A stretch of DNA of 28,990 bases from Actinomycetota bacterium (GCA_016932375.1 JAFGDA010000114.1:1-28990), one strand, 5' to 3'. Shown: positions 9,739 through 19,394, numbered from the stretch's first letter. The notes: a model not told the origin generated them from the letters alone. Numbers and translations: made by a program.

Positions 9739-9823
9739 TTACAACTCATTTATGCACTAAATAATTTTCTTTTTCTTCCATAAATTCTTAAAAAAATATG
9801 GATTGGTTATAAAATAATGTTAC

Positions 9824-10876
9824 TCACATGTTATTTATATTAAAAGGACTTATGATATCAAAAACCAGCCCGATTATAAGGATGGATATCATTATAAATA
9901 TACCCACCGAATTTACAACCTCAAGAACTTTCCTGGGTACCGGTTTTCTCCTTATGGTTTCAATAACAAGAAGAACAATATTCCCTCCATCAAGAGGTAG
10001 CAGGGGTATCAGGTTGCCAAAACCTATTAAAATTGATACGAGGGCAACAAAAATTATAAAATCCTGGAGGCCCATTGAAACTGATTGCTGGAACATGCTT
10101 ATCACACCAATGGGAGATACCGGCCTTGCCTGGCTGAAGGGGATCTTCCCGGTAAACAGCATGCCGAAAAGTTTTATATATGTTACTATTATTTCCCATG
10201 TCATCCTGAAACTTTCTTTTATTAACTCATAGAAATCCAAAAACTTTTTTTCATAAGCGGGGCTTATTCCAAGATACCCCTCTCCGTCTACCTCATCAAG
10301 AATAGCTACAATATCCATCTCTTTTCCGTCCCTGATTATGGTATAGGTCACCCTGCGGCCCGGATTCTCTTTGGTCATCCCGGCAAATTCATCCCATGTT
10401 TCTATTTCCTTTTCATTCAAAGCTATGACCCTATCTCCGGGCTTAAATCCATACAGTGCAGCCGGTGCATCTTCCTGTACATAATCAATTACATTTGTCG
10501 GTGAATAAATTCCCATACCCAGGAAGATGCCGATAAGGATTACGGAAATTATTACATTGAAGCCAGGCCCCCCGGCAATTGCCAAAAATTTCTTAATAAA
10601 TGATTTCCTGTGATAGGACTTCTCCTCAAGTCCTTCCGGGACTGCCTCGTTGCGGTCCATGCCAAGTATTTTTACATACCCGCCTACGGGAATTGCTTTT
10701 AACCCGTATGTTGTTCCTGACCTGGATTGCCACTTAAAAACTGTCGGGCCGAAACCCATAAAAAATTCAAGGACATGCATACCGCTCAGTTTTGCAAAAA
10801 CGTAATGGCCGAACTCATGGATAATTATTATAAATGAAAGGCCAAGTACCGCAATTACATATTGTAGGATAACCAT
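9824..10876 (-). CDS. rseP: RIP/site-2 intramembrane metalloprotease with PDZ domain
   Basis: HEFGH zinc motif, PDZ (PAALYGFKPGDRVIALN), NLIPLLPLDGG. The ORF is open to 10918, but the ATG at 10876, 1 nt after the uppS stop, gives the typical N-terminus. Confidence 0.95.
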   Translation of the reverse strand: MVILQYVIAVLGLSFIIIIHEFGHYVFAKLSGMHVLEFFMGFGPTVFKWQSRSGTTYGLKAIPVGGYVKILGMDRNEAVPEGLEEKSYHRKSFIKKFLAIAGGPGFNVIISVILIGIFLGMGIYSPTNVIDYVQEDAPAALYGFKPGDRVIALNEKEIETWDEFAGMTKENPGRRVTYTIIRDGKEMDIVAILDEVDGEGYLGISPAYEKKFLDFYELIKESFRMTWEIIVTYIKLFGMLFTGKIPFSQARPVSPIGVISMFQQSVSMGLQDFIIFVALVSILIGFGNLIPLLPLDGGNIVLLVIETIRRKPVPRKVLEVVNSVGIFIMISILIIGLVFDIISPFNINNM

Positions 10877-10877
10877 A

Positions 10878-11639
10878 TTATAACTTTCCAAATCTGCGGT
10901 TTCTTTTCTGATAGTCAAAAACCGCTTTTAAAAGGTCATTTCTACCGAAATCCGGCCACAGGGTCCCGGTAAAATATAATTCCGTATATGCTATCTGCCA
11001 TAGAAGAAAATTGCTAACCCTGCGCTCACCGCTCGTCCTTATAAGAAGGTCAGGGTCAGGAAAATCACCGGTAAGAAGGTAATTTGAGAATTTTTTTTCA
11101 TCCAGGTCGTCCGGGTTGATATTGCCGTCCTTTAAATCTCCGGCAAGTTTTTTTGCCGATTTCAATATTTCCTGCCTGGACCCATAATTTAAGGCAATAT
11201 TGAAAAAAATCCTTTCGTTTTTTTCAGTAATCTTTTCTGCATTATTAAAGGCCTTTAGTGTCGGACCCGGTATTGTATCCCTGTCGCCGATTATCCTGAG
11301 CCTTACACCATTCTTGTTCATCTCCCCAAGATACCTGGATAGCGATTCTACAAAGAGATCCATCAGGAAGTTTACCTCCCCGGTTGGACGTTTCCAGTTC
11401 TCACTTGAAAAAGAATAAACAGTAAGATACCTGACCTTTAGCTCCAGGCACGTCCTTAACACTACCCTTAACGCTTTAACACCCTCCCTGTGGCCTGCAG
11501 AACGGGGCAGACCCCGTTTTTGGGCCCATCTTCCGTTTCCATCCATAATTATAGCTATATGAAGGGGTATATTTCCTGCTTTTAATTTCCTGGTGGGTGG
11601 TATCCTTATAGAAGAAAAAATAGAAGAAAATAAATTCAA
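10878..11639 (-). CDS. uppS: Undecaprenyl/isoprenyl diphosphate synthase
   Basis: HIAIIMDGNGRWA, YSFSSENWKRP, IALNYGSRQEI, PDPDLLIRTSGERRVSNFLLWQ. The TTG start at 11639 is approximate. Confidence 0.97.
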   Translation of the reverse strand: MNLFSSIFSSIRIPPTRKLKAGNIPLHIAIIMDGNGRWAQKRGLPRSAGHREGVKALRVVLRTCLELKVRYLTVYSFSSENWKRPTGEVNFLMDLFVESLSRYLGEMNKNGVRLRIIGDRDTIPGPTLKAFNNAEKITEKNERIFFNIALNYGSRQEILKSAKKLAGDLKDGNINPDDLDEKKFSNYLLTGDFPDPDLLIRTSGERRVSNFLLWQIAYTELYFTGTLWPDFGRNDLLKAVFDYQKRNRRFGKL

Positions 11640-11649
11640 AACTTTTTAC

Positions 11650-12207
11650 CTACACTTCCATGATTTCCTTTTCTTTCTGTTCAAGGATAACATTTATCCT
11701 TTCAATAAAATCATCGGTAAGTTCCTGGACTTCCTTCTGAAATTCTGCAAGATCATCTTTTGTTATTTCACCGTCGTTCTCCATTTTTTTGAATTCATCG
11801 TTTGATTCCCTTCTGATATTCCTTATGGAAACCCTTCCATCCTCTGCAATCTTTTTTACCAGTCTTACAAGTTCTTTTCTTCTTTCTTCATTAAGGGGCG
11901 GTATGCTAAGCCTTATGACCTTCCCGTCATTTGTAGGATTTATTCCAAGATCTGATTTTCTTATCTGCGTCTCTATCTCTTTTAAAAATTTAGGCTCATA
12001 TGGCGATATAACCATGATCCTTGCTTCAGGTACGCTTATGTTTGCAGCATGTTTTATAAGGGTCCTGGTTCCATAATAATCTATGTACAGGTTATCCAGC
12101 AAAGATACGGAAGCCCTTCCGGTCCTTATTGTGTTAAATTCATGCTGGGTATTTTCAATGGATTGCTGCATTCTTTTTCTTGATTCCATTAAAATTTTAT
12201 CTTTCAT
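11650..12207 (-). CDS. frr: Ribosome recycling factor
   Basis: IRTGRASVSLLD, LGINPTNDG, RVSIRNIRR. ATG at 12207 is 6 nt from AAGGAG; the ORF is open to GTG 12213. Confidence 0.98.
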   Translation of the reverse strand: MKDKILMESRKRMQQSIENTQHEFNTIRTGRASVSLLDNLYIDYYGTRTLIKHAANISVPEARIMVISPYEPKFLKEIETQIRKSDLGINPTNDGKVIRLSIPPLNEERRKELVRLVKKIAEDGRVSIRNIRRESNDEFKKMENDGEITKDDLAEFQKEVQELTDDFIERINVILEQKEKEIMEV

Positions 12208-12209
12208 TT

Positions 12210-13558
<1,349 letters not shown>

Positions 13559-13648
13559 AATTGATTTTCTCCTGTTTTAATACCTTTTAATTAGAGCCCC
13601 GTAAAATGCTTAAATCCTTCAGGTTAAATTATCCATACATATTATATA

Positions 13649-14437
13649 TTATACATATGCATCATCTTCAGGCTGTTCTTCAAGCATATCTTCAGGTATT
13701 TCTTTTTCCAGCTCTTTTGCTTCCTTTTCCTCAGGGCTTTTTTCCAATCTATCCTTTTCCTGCAATCCAGCCTTAATCCCATCTTTTATTACACCGGTTA
13801 TAAGAGCGCAGGAACGTATTGCATCATCATTTCCAGGTATAACATAGTCTATAAGATCAGGATCACAATTTGTATCAGTTATCGCTATTATGGGTATGCC
13901 GAGCTTCCTTGCTTCATTTACAGCAATTATTTCCTTGTTGGGATCGATTATATAAATTGTATCCGGGATTTTCTTCATATTTCTTATTCCACCAATGTTA
14001 TAAAGTAGCTTCCCATATTCATTTTTTATACCAAGCACTTCTTTTTTTGGAAGCTTTTCAAATATACCTGACTCTTCCATGCGCTCTATTTCTTCAAGCC
14101 TTTTTGCCCTTTTACTTATCGTTTCGAAATTTGTAAGTGTGCCCCCGAGCCATCTGTTCCTGACATAAGGCATCCCGCATTCAGTGGCATTATTCTCTAT
14201 TATATCCTGTATCTGCTTTTTTGTTCCTACAAACATTACAGAACCGCCTTCAGCGGCAAGCTGTTTGACATATTCATGTGCTTCTATAAGAAGCCTTAAG
14301 GTTTCCTGAAGGTCAATTATATATATACCGTTTTTTGCAGTATATATAAATTCCTTCATTTTTGGATTCCATTTGCGGGTTTGATGTCCGAAATGCACTC
14401 CTACTTCGAGGAGCTGCTTCATGTTTACAATACTCAA
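13649..14437 (-). CDS. rpsB: 30S ribosomal protein S2
   Basis: 262 aa, TTG start with AGGAGG SD; [45 protein letters not shown]. Confidence 0.99.
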   Translation of the reverse strand: MSIVNMKQLLEVGVHFGHQTRKWNPKMKEFIYTAKNGIYIIDLQETLRLLIEAHEYVKQLAAEGGSVMFVGTKKQIQDIIENNATECGMPYVRNRWLGGTLTNFETISKRAKRLEEIERMEESGIFEKLPKKEVLGIKNEYGKLLYNIGGIRNMKKIPDTIYIIDPNKEIIAVNEARKLGIPIIAITDTNCDPDLIDYVIPGNDDAIRSCALITGVIKDGIKAGLQEKDRLEKSPEEKEAKELEKEIPEDMLEEQPEDDAYV

Positions 14438-14450
14438 CTGTATACCTCCT

Positions 14451-14520
14451 GTTATGGTTTTTCCTCCACCACTTTAACTTAAGGTAGAACACCATATTGC
14501 CGCAAGTGGTGTGTGTTTTT
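14451..14520 (-). ncRNA. rpsB 5' leader cis-regulatory RNA (t44/S2-operator-like)
   Basis: The minus strand reads ACACACACCACTTGCGGCAATATGGTGTTCTACCTTAAGTTAAAGTGGTGGAGGAAAAACCATAAC. CACCACTT (14511-14504) pairs perfectly with AAGTGGTG (14474-14467). Loop TATGGT (14496-14491) is complementary to ACCATA (14458-14453), giving a pseudoknot. The ACACAC 5' element and TGGAGG match the known S2 autoregulatory leader. Confidence 0.8.
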
Positions 14521-14530
14521 TCAAGCTACA

Positions 14531-14559
14531 AGTCTAACATAATATAAATTATTCATCAA
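14531..14559 (-). promoter_or_regulatory. Sigma70/SigA-type promoter of rpsB-tsf
   Basis: TTGATG (14559-14554), 17-nt spacer, TAGACT (14536-14531), with a TG extension at 14539-14538; directly precedes the leader RNA. Confidence 0.75.
14532..14559 (-). other. dif-like (Xer recombination site-like) 28-mer
   Basis: TTGATGAATAA-TTTATA-TTATGTTAGAC versus E. coli dif GGTGCGCATAA-TGTATA-TTATGTTAAAT: 5/11, 5/6 and 9/11 matches, with the inner ATAA-N6-TTAT palindrome intact. It lies 29 nt downstream of the xerC stop. It coincides with the rpsB promoter, so it may be coincidental. Confidence 0.35.
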
Positions 14560-14588
14560 ATAATCAACAGGTAATTAAACCCCGGGAA

Positions 14589-15500
14589 TTAACCTGCCCT
14601 TGGGTGGAACTTCCCGTAATCTTCTTTAAGCTTTTTTATATTTAAATGTGAATATATCTGTGTTGTCGATATGTTTTCATGACCAAGAAGCTCCTGTATC
14701 TCCCTTATACCGGCGCCTTCTGAAAGTAAATGGCTGGCAAAACTATGTCTTATGCTGTGGGGAGATGCCTTCCTGTTTATTCCTGCCCTTGCGCAGTATT
14801 TCTTCAGTATTACCCTTATGCTCCTGTCAGAAAGGCCTTTTCCGTACTTATTTAAAAAAAGATGGCTGTCCCTGATGTAGCTGCCTTCTCCCTTCATATG
14901 GTTGAGCCTGTTCCGTACTTTCAGGTATTTATCCAGCCAGTATAGTGCCGTGTTGTTTATGAATACGATCCTCTGCTTCCTGCCCTTACCGGTCACCTTT
15001 ATCTCACCTGCTTTTAAATTAATATCTTCAATTTCCATATTTTTTACTTCGCTGACTCTTGCTCCTGTGGAATAAAGTATTTCGAGGATAGCCCTGTCCC
15101 TTATCCCGTAATCATCTTCAGTATCCGGGGTTTCCAGTAATCTTGAAATTTCATCCTTCGTAAGAAACACGTATAACCTGATTCTATTTTTTGGCACTAT
15201 TATTGACTGGGCGATATCAGGTTCCATATCACCCCTGTCTTCATTAAACCTGAAAAAATTTATAATTGAGGAATATTTTCTTATAATAGTCCGGCTGGAG
15301 TACTTCTTCTGGTCTATTGACTTCATATAACCCCGGAAAACAGTCAAATTTATATCAGTTGTTTTTTTATTTTTAGTATTCCTGAGGTATTTTAAGAAAT
15401 CTTCAATATCCCTTTGGTATGCCCTGATCGAGTTGGGTGAAAGATTTTTTTCATATTTCAGGTATTTTAAATAAAGCTCTATGCTTCCATCTAACAGCAT
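14589..15500 (-). CDS. xerC: Site-specific tyrosine recombinase, XerC/XerD family (housekeeping position)
   Basis: 303 aa; SAM-like N-domain (LSPNSIRAYQRDI); catalytic residues R (RDRAILEILYSTGARVSE), K (VTGKGRKQR), HSIRH, LLGH and Y (STTQIY). The dprA..xerC..rpsB context supports a housekeeping role. XerC versus XerD cannot be decided by eye. Confidence 0.9.
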   Translation of the reverse strand: MLLDGSIELYLKYLKYEKNLSPNSIRAYQRDIEDFLKYLRNTKNKKTTDINLTVFRGYMKSIDQKKYSSRTIIRKYSSIINFFRFNEDRGDMEPDIAQSIIVPKNRIRLYVFLTKDEISRLLETPDTEDDYGIRDRAILEILYSTGARVSEVKNMEIEDINLKAGEIKVTGKGRKQRIVFINNTALYWLDKYLKVRNRLNHMKGEGSYIRDSHLFLNKYGKGLSDRSIRVILKKYCARAGINRKASPHSIRHSFASHLLSEGAGIREIQELLGHENISTTQIYSHLNIKKLKEDYGKFHPRAG

Positions 15501-15502
15501 AT

Positions 15503-15922
15503 CTAAATATAATCACTCTCGATATCTTTCATTTTTTTCTTTATCTCTTCCCGTATGTTTATGGACATCGCGAGTTCTTTAAAGTCACTTTCTTCCATAT
15601 TACCAGGATCGAAATCATTATTTTTTGCACCTTTAAAGAAATTTTTAATATTTTCAATCATATCGATTATCATGTACCTGATTTTATCAGAACGGTAATC
15701 TATTTTGAGGTTATCCTTGGAAAGGTCTTCAAGAATAAAATCAAGCCTGTAAAATGTCCTTTCCATCAGTGCATTTGTCCTTCGTGGACTAAGGGTTTTG
15801 CCGTTTTTAAGGGCATCGGACGGACTTTTTAAATCCTTATTAAAAATATTATCATACTCAAAAAGTGCAGAACCCAGTGGACTCTTTGGTTTTGTTATTT
15901 TTTTCCTTTTAAACAGGGGCAT
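15503..15922 (-). CDS. Hypothetical protein, 139 aa, probably alpha-helical, no recognised family
   Basis: Fills the dprA-xerC gap in the same orientation as all neighbours. Its stop is 2 nt before the xerC ATG. It has an upstream GGAG and a candidate promoter, and charged amphipathic helical composition. Confidence 0.8.
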   Translation of the reverse strand: MPLFKRKKITKPKSPLGSALFEYDNIFNKDLKSPSDALKNGKTLSPRRTNALMERTFYRLDFILEDLSKDNLKIDYRSDKIRYMIIDMIENIKNFFKGAKNNDFDPGNMEESDFKELAMSINIREEIKKKMKDIESDYI

Positions 15923-15978
15923 AATACATCTTGCTCCATTCAGTTGCCGGTTTAAAGAAATTTTGATATTTTTTTACT

Positions 15979-16007
15979 ATTTTAATAGATATTTGTTTCT
16001 AATACAA
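15979..16007 (-). promoter_or_regulatory. Candidate sigma70-type promoter for the orphan-xerC pair
   Basis: TTGTAT (16007-16002), 17-nt spacer, TAAAAT (15984-15979). The region is AT-rich, so a chance match is possible. Confidence 0.5.
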
Positions 16008-16061
16008 AGCATATTCAATTTTTACTGACAGCTTAAGCCCTGTTCCGTAAAAAGACTAAAA

Positions 16062-17291
16062 TTATTCCATATTATCCATCAGGCAATAACAATCCGTTCC
16101 ACAAACCCTAACCCTGTCCTTAAGCTCAAGTGCAGAAAGCGCCTGCATGACTTTAACCGGGTGCAAACCTGTTTCCCGTACAAGTCTTTCAAGGCTTACG
16201 GGCCTGTACCCAAGGCTATCCATAACTTTTTTTTCCGTGCTGTTTAACTCAGGTCCATCCCCTTCCGGTTTTTCTTCATGGGGAGCGCCCTTCATATTAT
16301 CTTGTTTTGCCGTAGCGGAGGATTCCCCAATATCCCCCAATTCTTTAGGGGCTTTGCCGGCTTCACCTGTACCGGACAAGCTACTTTTCTTAAAAATATA
16401 TGAAAATTCTTCAATTATATCATCTGTTTTATCAACAAGCTTTGCTCCCCTTTTTATCAGGCTATGACAGCCCATGCTGTGTTGACTGAAAATATTTCCC
16501 GGTACCGCAAATACATCGCGGTCCTGTTTCAGCGCAAGTTCACATGTTATGGAAGCACCACTCCTATTACCCGCTTCCACCATCACTACACCCATACATA
16601 ATCCACTTATGACCCTGTTTCTCTGGGGAAAATTATTTTTATAGGGAGGCGTTCCCGGAAAAAATTCAGACAGCACCAACCCCCTGTCAATAATATCCGA
16701 AAAAAGATCCCTGTTTTCCGGGGGATATACCCTGTCCATACCGCACCCCATAACTGCAATGGTTTTCCCCTTGCCTTCCAAAGCGGACATGTGTGCCTCA
16801 CTGTCTATACCAAGGGCCATTCCGCTTACAACTGTTATACCATTTTCAGAGAGCCCTCCTGCAATATATCTTGCAGCTTCCCTGCCGTATGACGTGCATT
16901 TCCTGCTCCCAACTACGGCTATACAAAAATTATTTATAAGTTCAAGATTCCCCATATAAAAAAGCACCGGCGGAGGGGCGTATATCTGCTTTAAAATATA
17001 AGGATAAACGGCATCTCCAATGGTAATTACCTTTATATTTTTTTCATTAAGAAAACTCATTATGGCTTCAGGTTCTATCACCGGATTGTTTTTTGTATCT
17101 GTATTGCTACCGGAATCCGGAAACAGCTTTTCATTTTCATGACCGCTGATTTTATTGAGGTATTCAAGCGTACGGCTCAGGTCATTATTATGCATTCTTA
17201 ATAAATCCATCACCTTAACCTGGCTGATTTTTTTTATAAAAAGATAATACAGCAGGTAAGGGATCCCGCCGTATTGCATGGTGTCATTCAT
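16062..17291 (-). CDS. dprA: DNA-processing protein DprA (Smf)
   Basis: AVVGSRKCTSYG, VVSGMALGIDSEAH, FPQRNRVISGL, VEAGNRSGASIT, VFAVPGNIF; C-terminal winged helix. The probable ATG at 17291 overlaps the comM stop; the ORF is open to 17327. Confidence 0.96.
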   Translation of the reverse strand: MNDTMQYGGIPYLLYYLFIKKISQVKVMDLLRMHNNDLSRTLEYLNKISGHENEKLFPDSGSNTDTKNNPVIEPEAIMSFLNEKNIKVITIGDAVYPYILKQIYAPPPVLFYMGNLELINNFCIAVVGSRKCTSYGREAARYIAGGLSENGITVVSGMALGIDSEAHMSALEGKGKTIAVMGCGMDRVYPPENRDLFSDIIDRGLVLSEFFPGTPPYKNNFPQRNRVISGLCMGVVMVEAGNRSGASITCELALKQDRDVFAVPGNIFSQHSMGCHSLIKRGAKLVDKTDDIIEEFSYIFKKSSLSGTGEAGKAPKELGDIGESSATAKQDNMKGAPHEEKPEGDGPELNSTEKKVMDSLGYRPVSLERLVRETGLHPVKVMQALSALELKDRVRVCGTDCYCLMDNME

Positions 17292-18810
17292 AAATACCAT
17301 TCCCTGTCCTGAACTGCAGTGCCTCAAGAAGGTCCTCCTGTCTTATTCCAGGATGCCCTTCAATGTCTGCTATTGTTCTCGATACCCTTATGATGCCTGC
17401 CATACCCCTTGCCGTAAGCATGCATTTTTTCCCTGCAAACATTACAAGTTTTTTCAGTTCACTGTCTTTTTTAATCCAGTCATTTACAATTCCCACATTA
17501 GCTTCTGAATTATACCTTATATTCATCCCGGCATACCTCTTTTTCTGGGTGGAAACCGCCGCCCTGGTCCTTTGCCTGATTGAAGCAGAACACTCCCCGG
17601 AAACATCCTCTACAAAATCCACTTCCTTTAGCCTTGCTACAGCGACCTTCATATCTATACGGTCCATTACAGGTCCGGAAAAATTTTTCCAGAATTTCTG
17701 TATTTCCCTCAGGCTGCAGGTGCATTTTTTTCCCCTGTCTCCATAATACCCGCAATAGCAGGGATTCGTAGCAGCTACAAGAATGAAGTTACAGGGAAAA
17801 CAATATGAATGCTGGTTTCTTGTTATAATAACCCTTTTATCTTCTAAGGGCTGGCGGAGGTCCTCAATCAGGCAGGACCTGAATTGTGAAAGTTCATCCA
17901 GGAACAATATGCCCCTGTGTGCAAGGCTAATATCACCTGGTTTTGGATTCATTCCTCCACCAATCAATCCTGCGCGGCTTATTGTATGATGGGGATTCCT
18001 GAAAGGCCTTTCCATCATCAGCCCCCTTAGATGATTCTCATAAAGGCTGTATATTTTTGTTACTTCAACACATTCTTCAAGAGTCATTTCCGGCATTATG
18101 GTGACCATTCTCCTTGCAAGCATACTTTTACCGCTCCCGGGTGGCCCTACCAGTAAAATGTTATGCATCCCTGCTGCAGCAATTTCAAGTCCCCGTTTAG
18201 CCTTAAGCTGTCCTTTCACTTCTGAAAAATCAATAATATATTTTCTTTTTCTTCCGGGACCCTTGAATTCCCCATGTAATATATAATCACCTATTTTTTT
18301 ATCACCGTTCAATATTTCTACAGTATGCGCTAAATTACTGCAGGGAATGATATTCAATCCCCTGAAAAAATTTAGCTGGCCTGCTATTTTCTCCGGTACA
18401 AAGAAATATTTCTTATTCAGGGATTTAGCTTTTTGCGCCATTGATATTATCCCTCCAACAGGATTTATACATCCATCGAGGGACAGTTCACCGATAAAAC
18501 ATGAATCTTCTGCCAGCCCGGTCTTTAGCTGTCCGCTTGCAGCGAGCAGGGCCAGTGCTATCGGAAGGTCATAGAATGATCCTTCCTTTCTAAGATCTGC
18601 AGGAGAAAGGTTTATGATTATTTTTTTGACCGGGAAATCATAACCGCAATTAAGTATTGCAGAGCGGACCCTCTGCCTCGATTCGTTTACTGCGGGACCC
18701 GGAAGGCCCACCATCATCAGCCCAGGAAGGCCTCTCGATAAGTGAACCTCTATGGATACTTTTAATGCATCTACTCCCAGCAGCGCAAAACTGTCCAGCC
18801 TGAAAAACAT
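17284..18810 (-). CDS. comM: YifB/ComM family AAA+ ATPase (Mg-chelatase-like hexameric helicase)
   Basis: 508 aa; VGLPGPAVNESRQRVRSA, NLSPADLRKEGSFYDLPIA, GELSLDG, Walker A GPPGSGKS, PFRNPHHT, SLAHRGILFLDE, Cys cluster CYCG...CTC. Confidence 0.96.
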   Translation of the reverse strand: MFFRLDSFALLGVDALKVSIEVHLSRGLPGLMMVGLPGPAVNESRQRVRSAILNCGYDFPVKKIIINLSPADLRKEGSFYDLPIALALLAASGQLKTGLAEDSCFIGELSLDGCINPVGGIISMAQKAKSLNKKYFFVPEKIAGQLNFFRGLNIIPCSNLAHTVEILNGDKKIGDYILHGEFKGPGRKRKYIIDFSEVKGQLKAKRGLEIAAAGMHNILLVGPPGSGKSMLARRMVTIMPEMTLEECVEVTKIYSLYENHLRGLMMERPFRNPHHTISRAGLIGGGMNPKPGDISLAHRGILFLDELSQFRSCLIEDLRQPLEDKRVIITRNQHSYCFPCNFILVAATNPCYCGYYGDRGKKCTCSLREIQKFWKNFSGPVMDRIDMKVAVARLKEVDFVEDVSGECSASIRQRTRAAVSTQKKRYAGMNIRYNSEANVGIVNDWIKKDSELKKLVMFAGKKCMLTARGMAGIIRVSRTIADIEGHPGIRQEDLLEALQFRTGNGIYE

Positions 18811-18816
18811 AAGGAT

Positions 18817-18845
18817 ATTATATGCTCATATGAATAAATGGTCAA
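18817..18845 (-). promoter_or_regulatory. Near-consensus sigma70 promoter, probably giving a leaderless comM mRNA
   Basis: TTGACC (18845-18840), 17 nt, TATAAT (18822-18817), then 6 nt (ATCCTT) to the ATG at 18810; no SD. Confidence 0.8.
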
Positions 18846-18905
18846 TTAAATAATAAGATTGTAAAATCACGGGATCAAATCCTGTACTTTTAATTTCCGG
18901 GCAGG

Positions 18906-19394
18906 TTAAAGAGCATTTTTGATATGATTAATTTTAATAAACTTCTGCAACCTGGATAATAATTGATTATTCCTGCAATAATCGAATTCAGGTACATTTT
19001 TAATTTCATAATGAACCCTCCCGGGACATGCATTAAGGTTTCTCATAATATCCACCGGAATCTTTTCTGCCAGTTCAAGACATACAAGGTCAAACCTGAT
19101 ACTATCAAAAAATATGCCGTCTACGGATCCGAGATAACAGGTTGCTGTCCTGCGGATTCTCATTATTTTTTCCCTGTCCACAGATTCCCCGGGATGTCCG
19201 TAAGAATCCGATGACCTTGATTTTACTTCTAAAAAAACAAGGTTACTGCCTTCACTGGCAATAATATCTATTTCGCCATATCTGCACCTGTAATTTCTTT
19301 CAATTATCCGGTAATTTTTACGTATCAGGTAATCCGCAGCCAGCAATTCACCAAGCATTCCAAAAGTTTTCTTATTTATTCCGTTAACACTCAA
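18906..19394 (-). CDS. yraN: YraN family (UPF0102) PD-(D/E)XK nuclease with a C-terminal insertion
   Basis: GMLGELLAADYL, ERNYRCRYGEIDII, VFLEVKSR, IRFDLV, terminal HIKNAL; 162 aa versus roughly 120 aa typical. Confidence 0.92.
   Translation of the reverse strand: MSVNGINKKTFGMLGELLAADYLIRKNYRIIERNYRCRYGEIDIIASEGSNLVFLEVKSRSSDSYGHPGESVDREKIMRIRRTATCYLGSVDGIFFDSIRFDLVCLELAEKIPVDIMRNLNACPGRVHYEIKNVPEFDYCRNNQLLSRLQKFIKINHIKNAL

Noticed and set aside
11609-11630. Direct repeat TAGAAGAAAA x2 at the uppS 5' end
   Set aside because: Only two low-complexity copies (encoding FSSI-FSSI); no evidence of function.
14313-14495. 60-aa minus-strand ORF overlapping the rpsB leader and 5' end (possible leader peptide)
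   Set aside because: No SD; it overlaps rpsB out of frame; the region is fully explained by the structured leader.
14589-15500. xerC as a phage or island integrase
   Set aside because: The dprA-xerC-rpsB position is the housekeeping one, and there are no phage, transposase or cargo genes, no flanking direct repeats and no adjacent tRNA.
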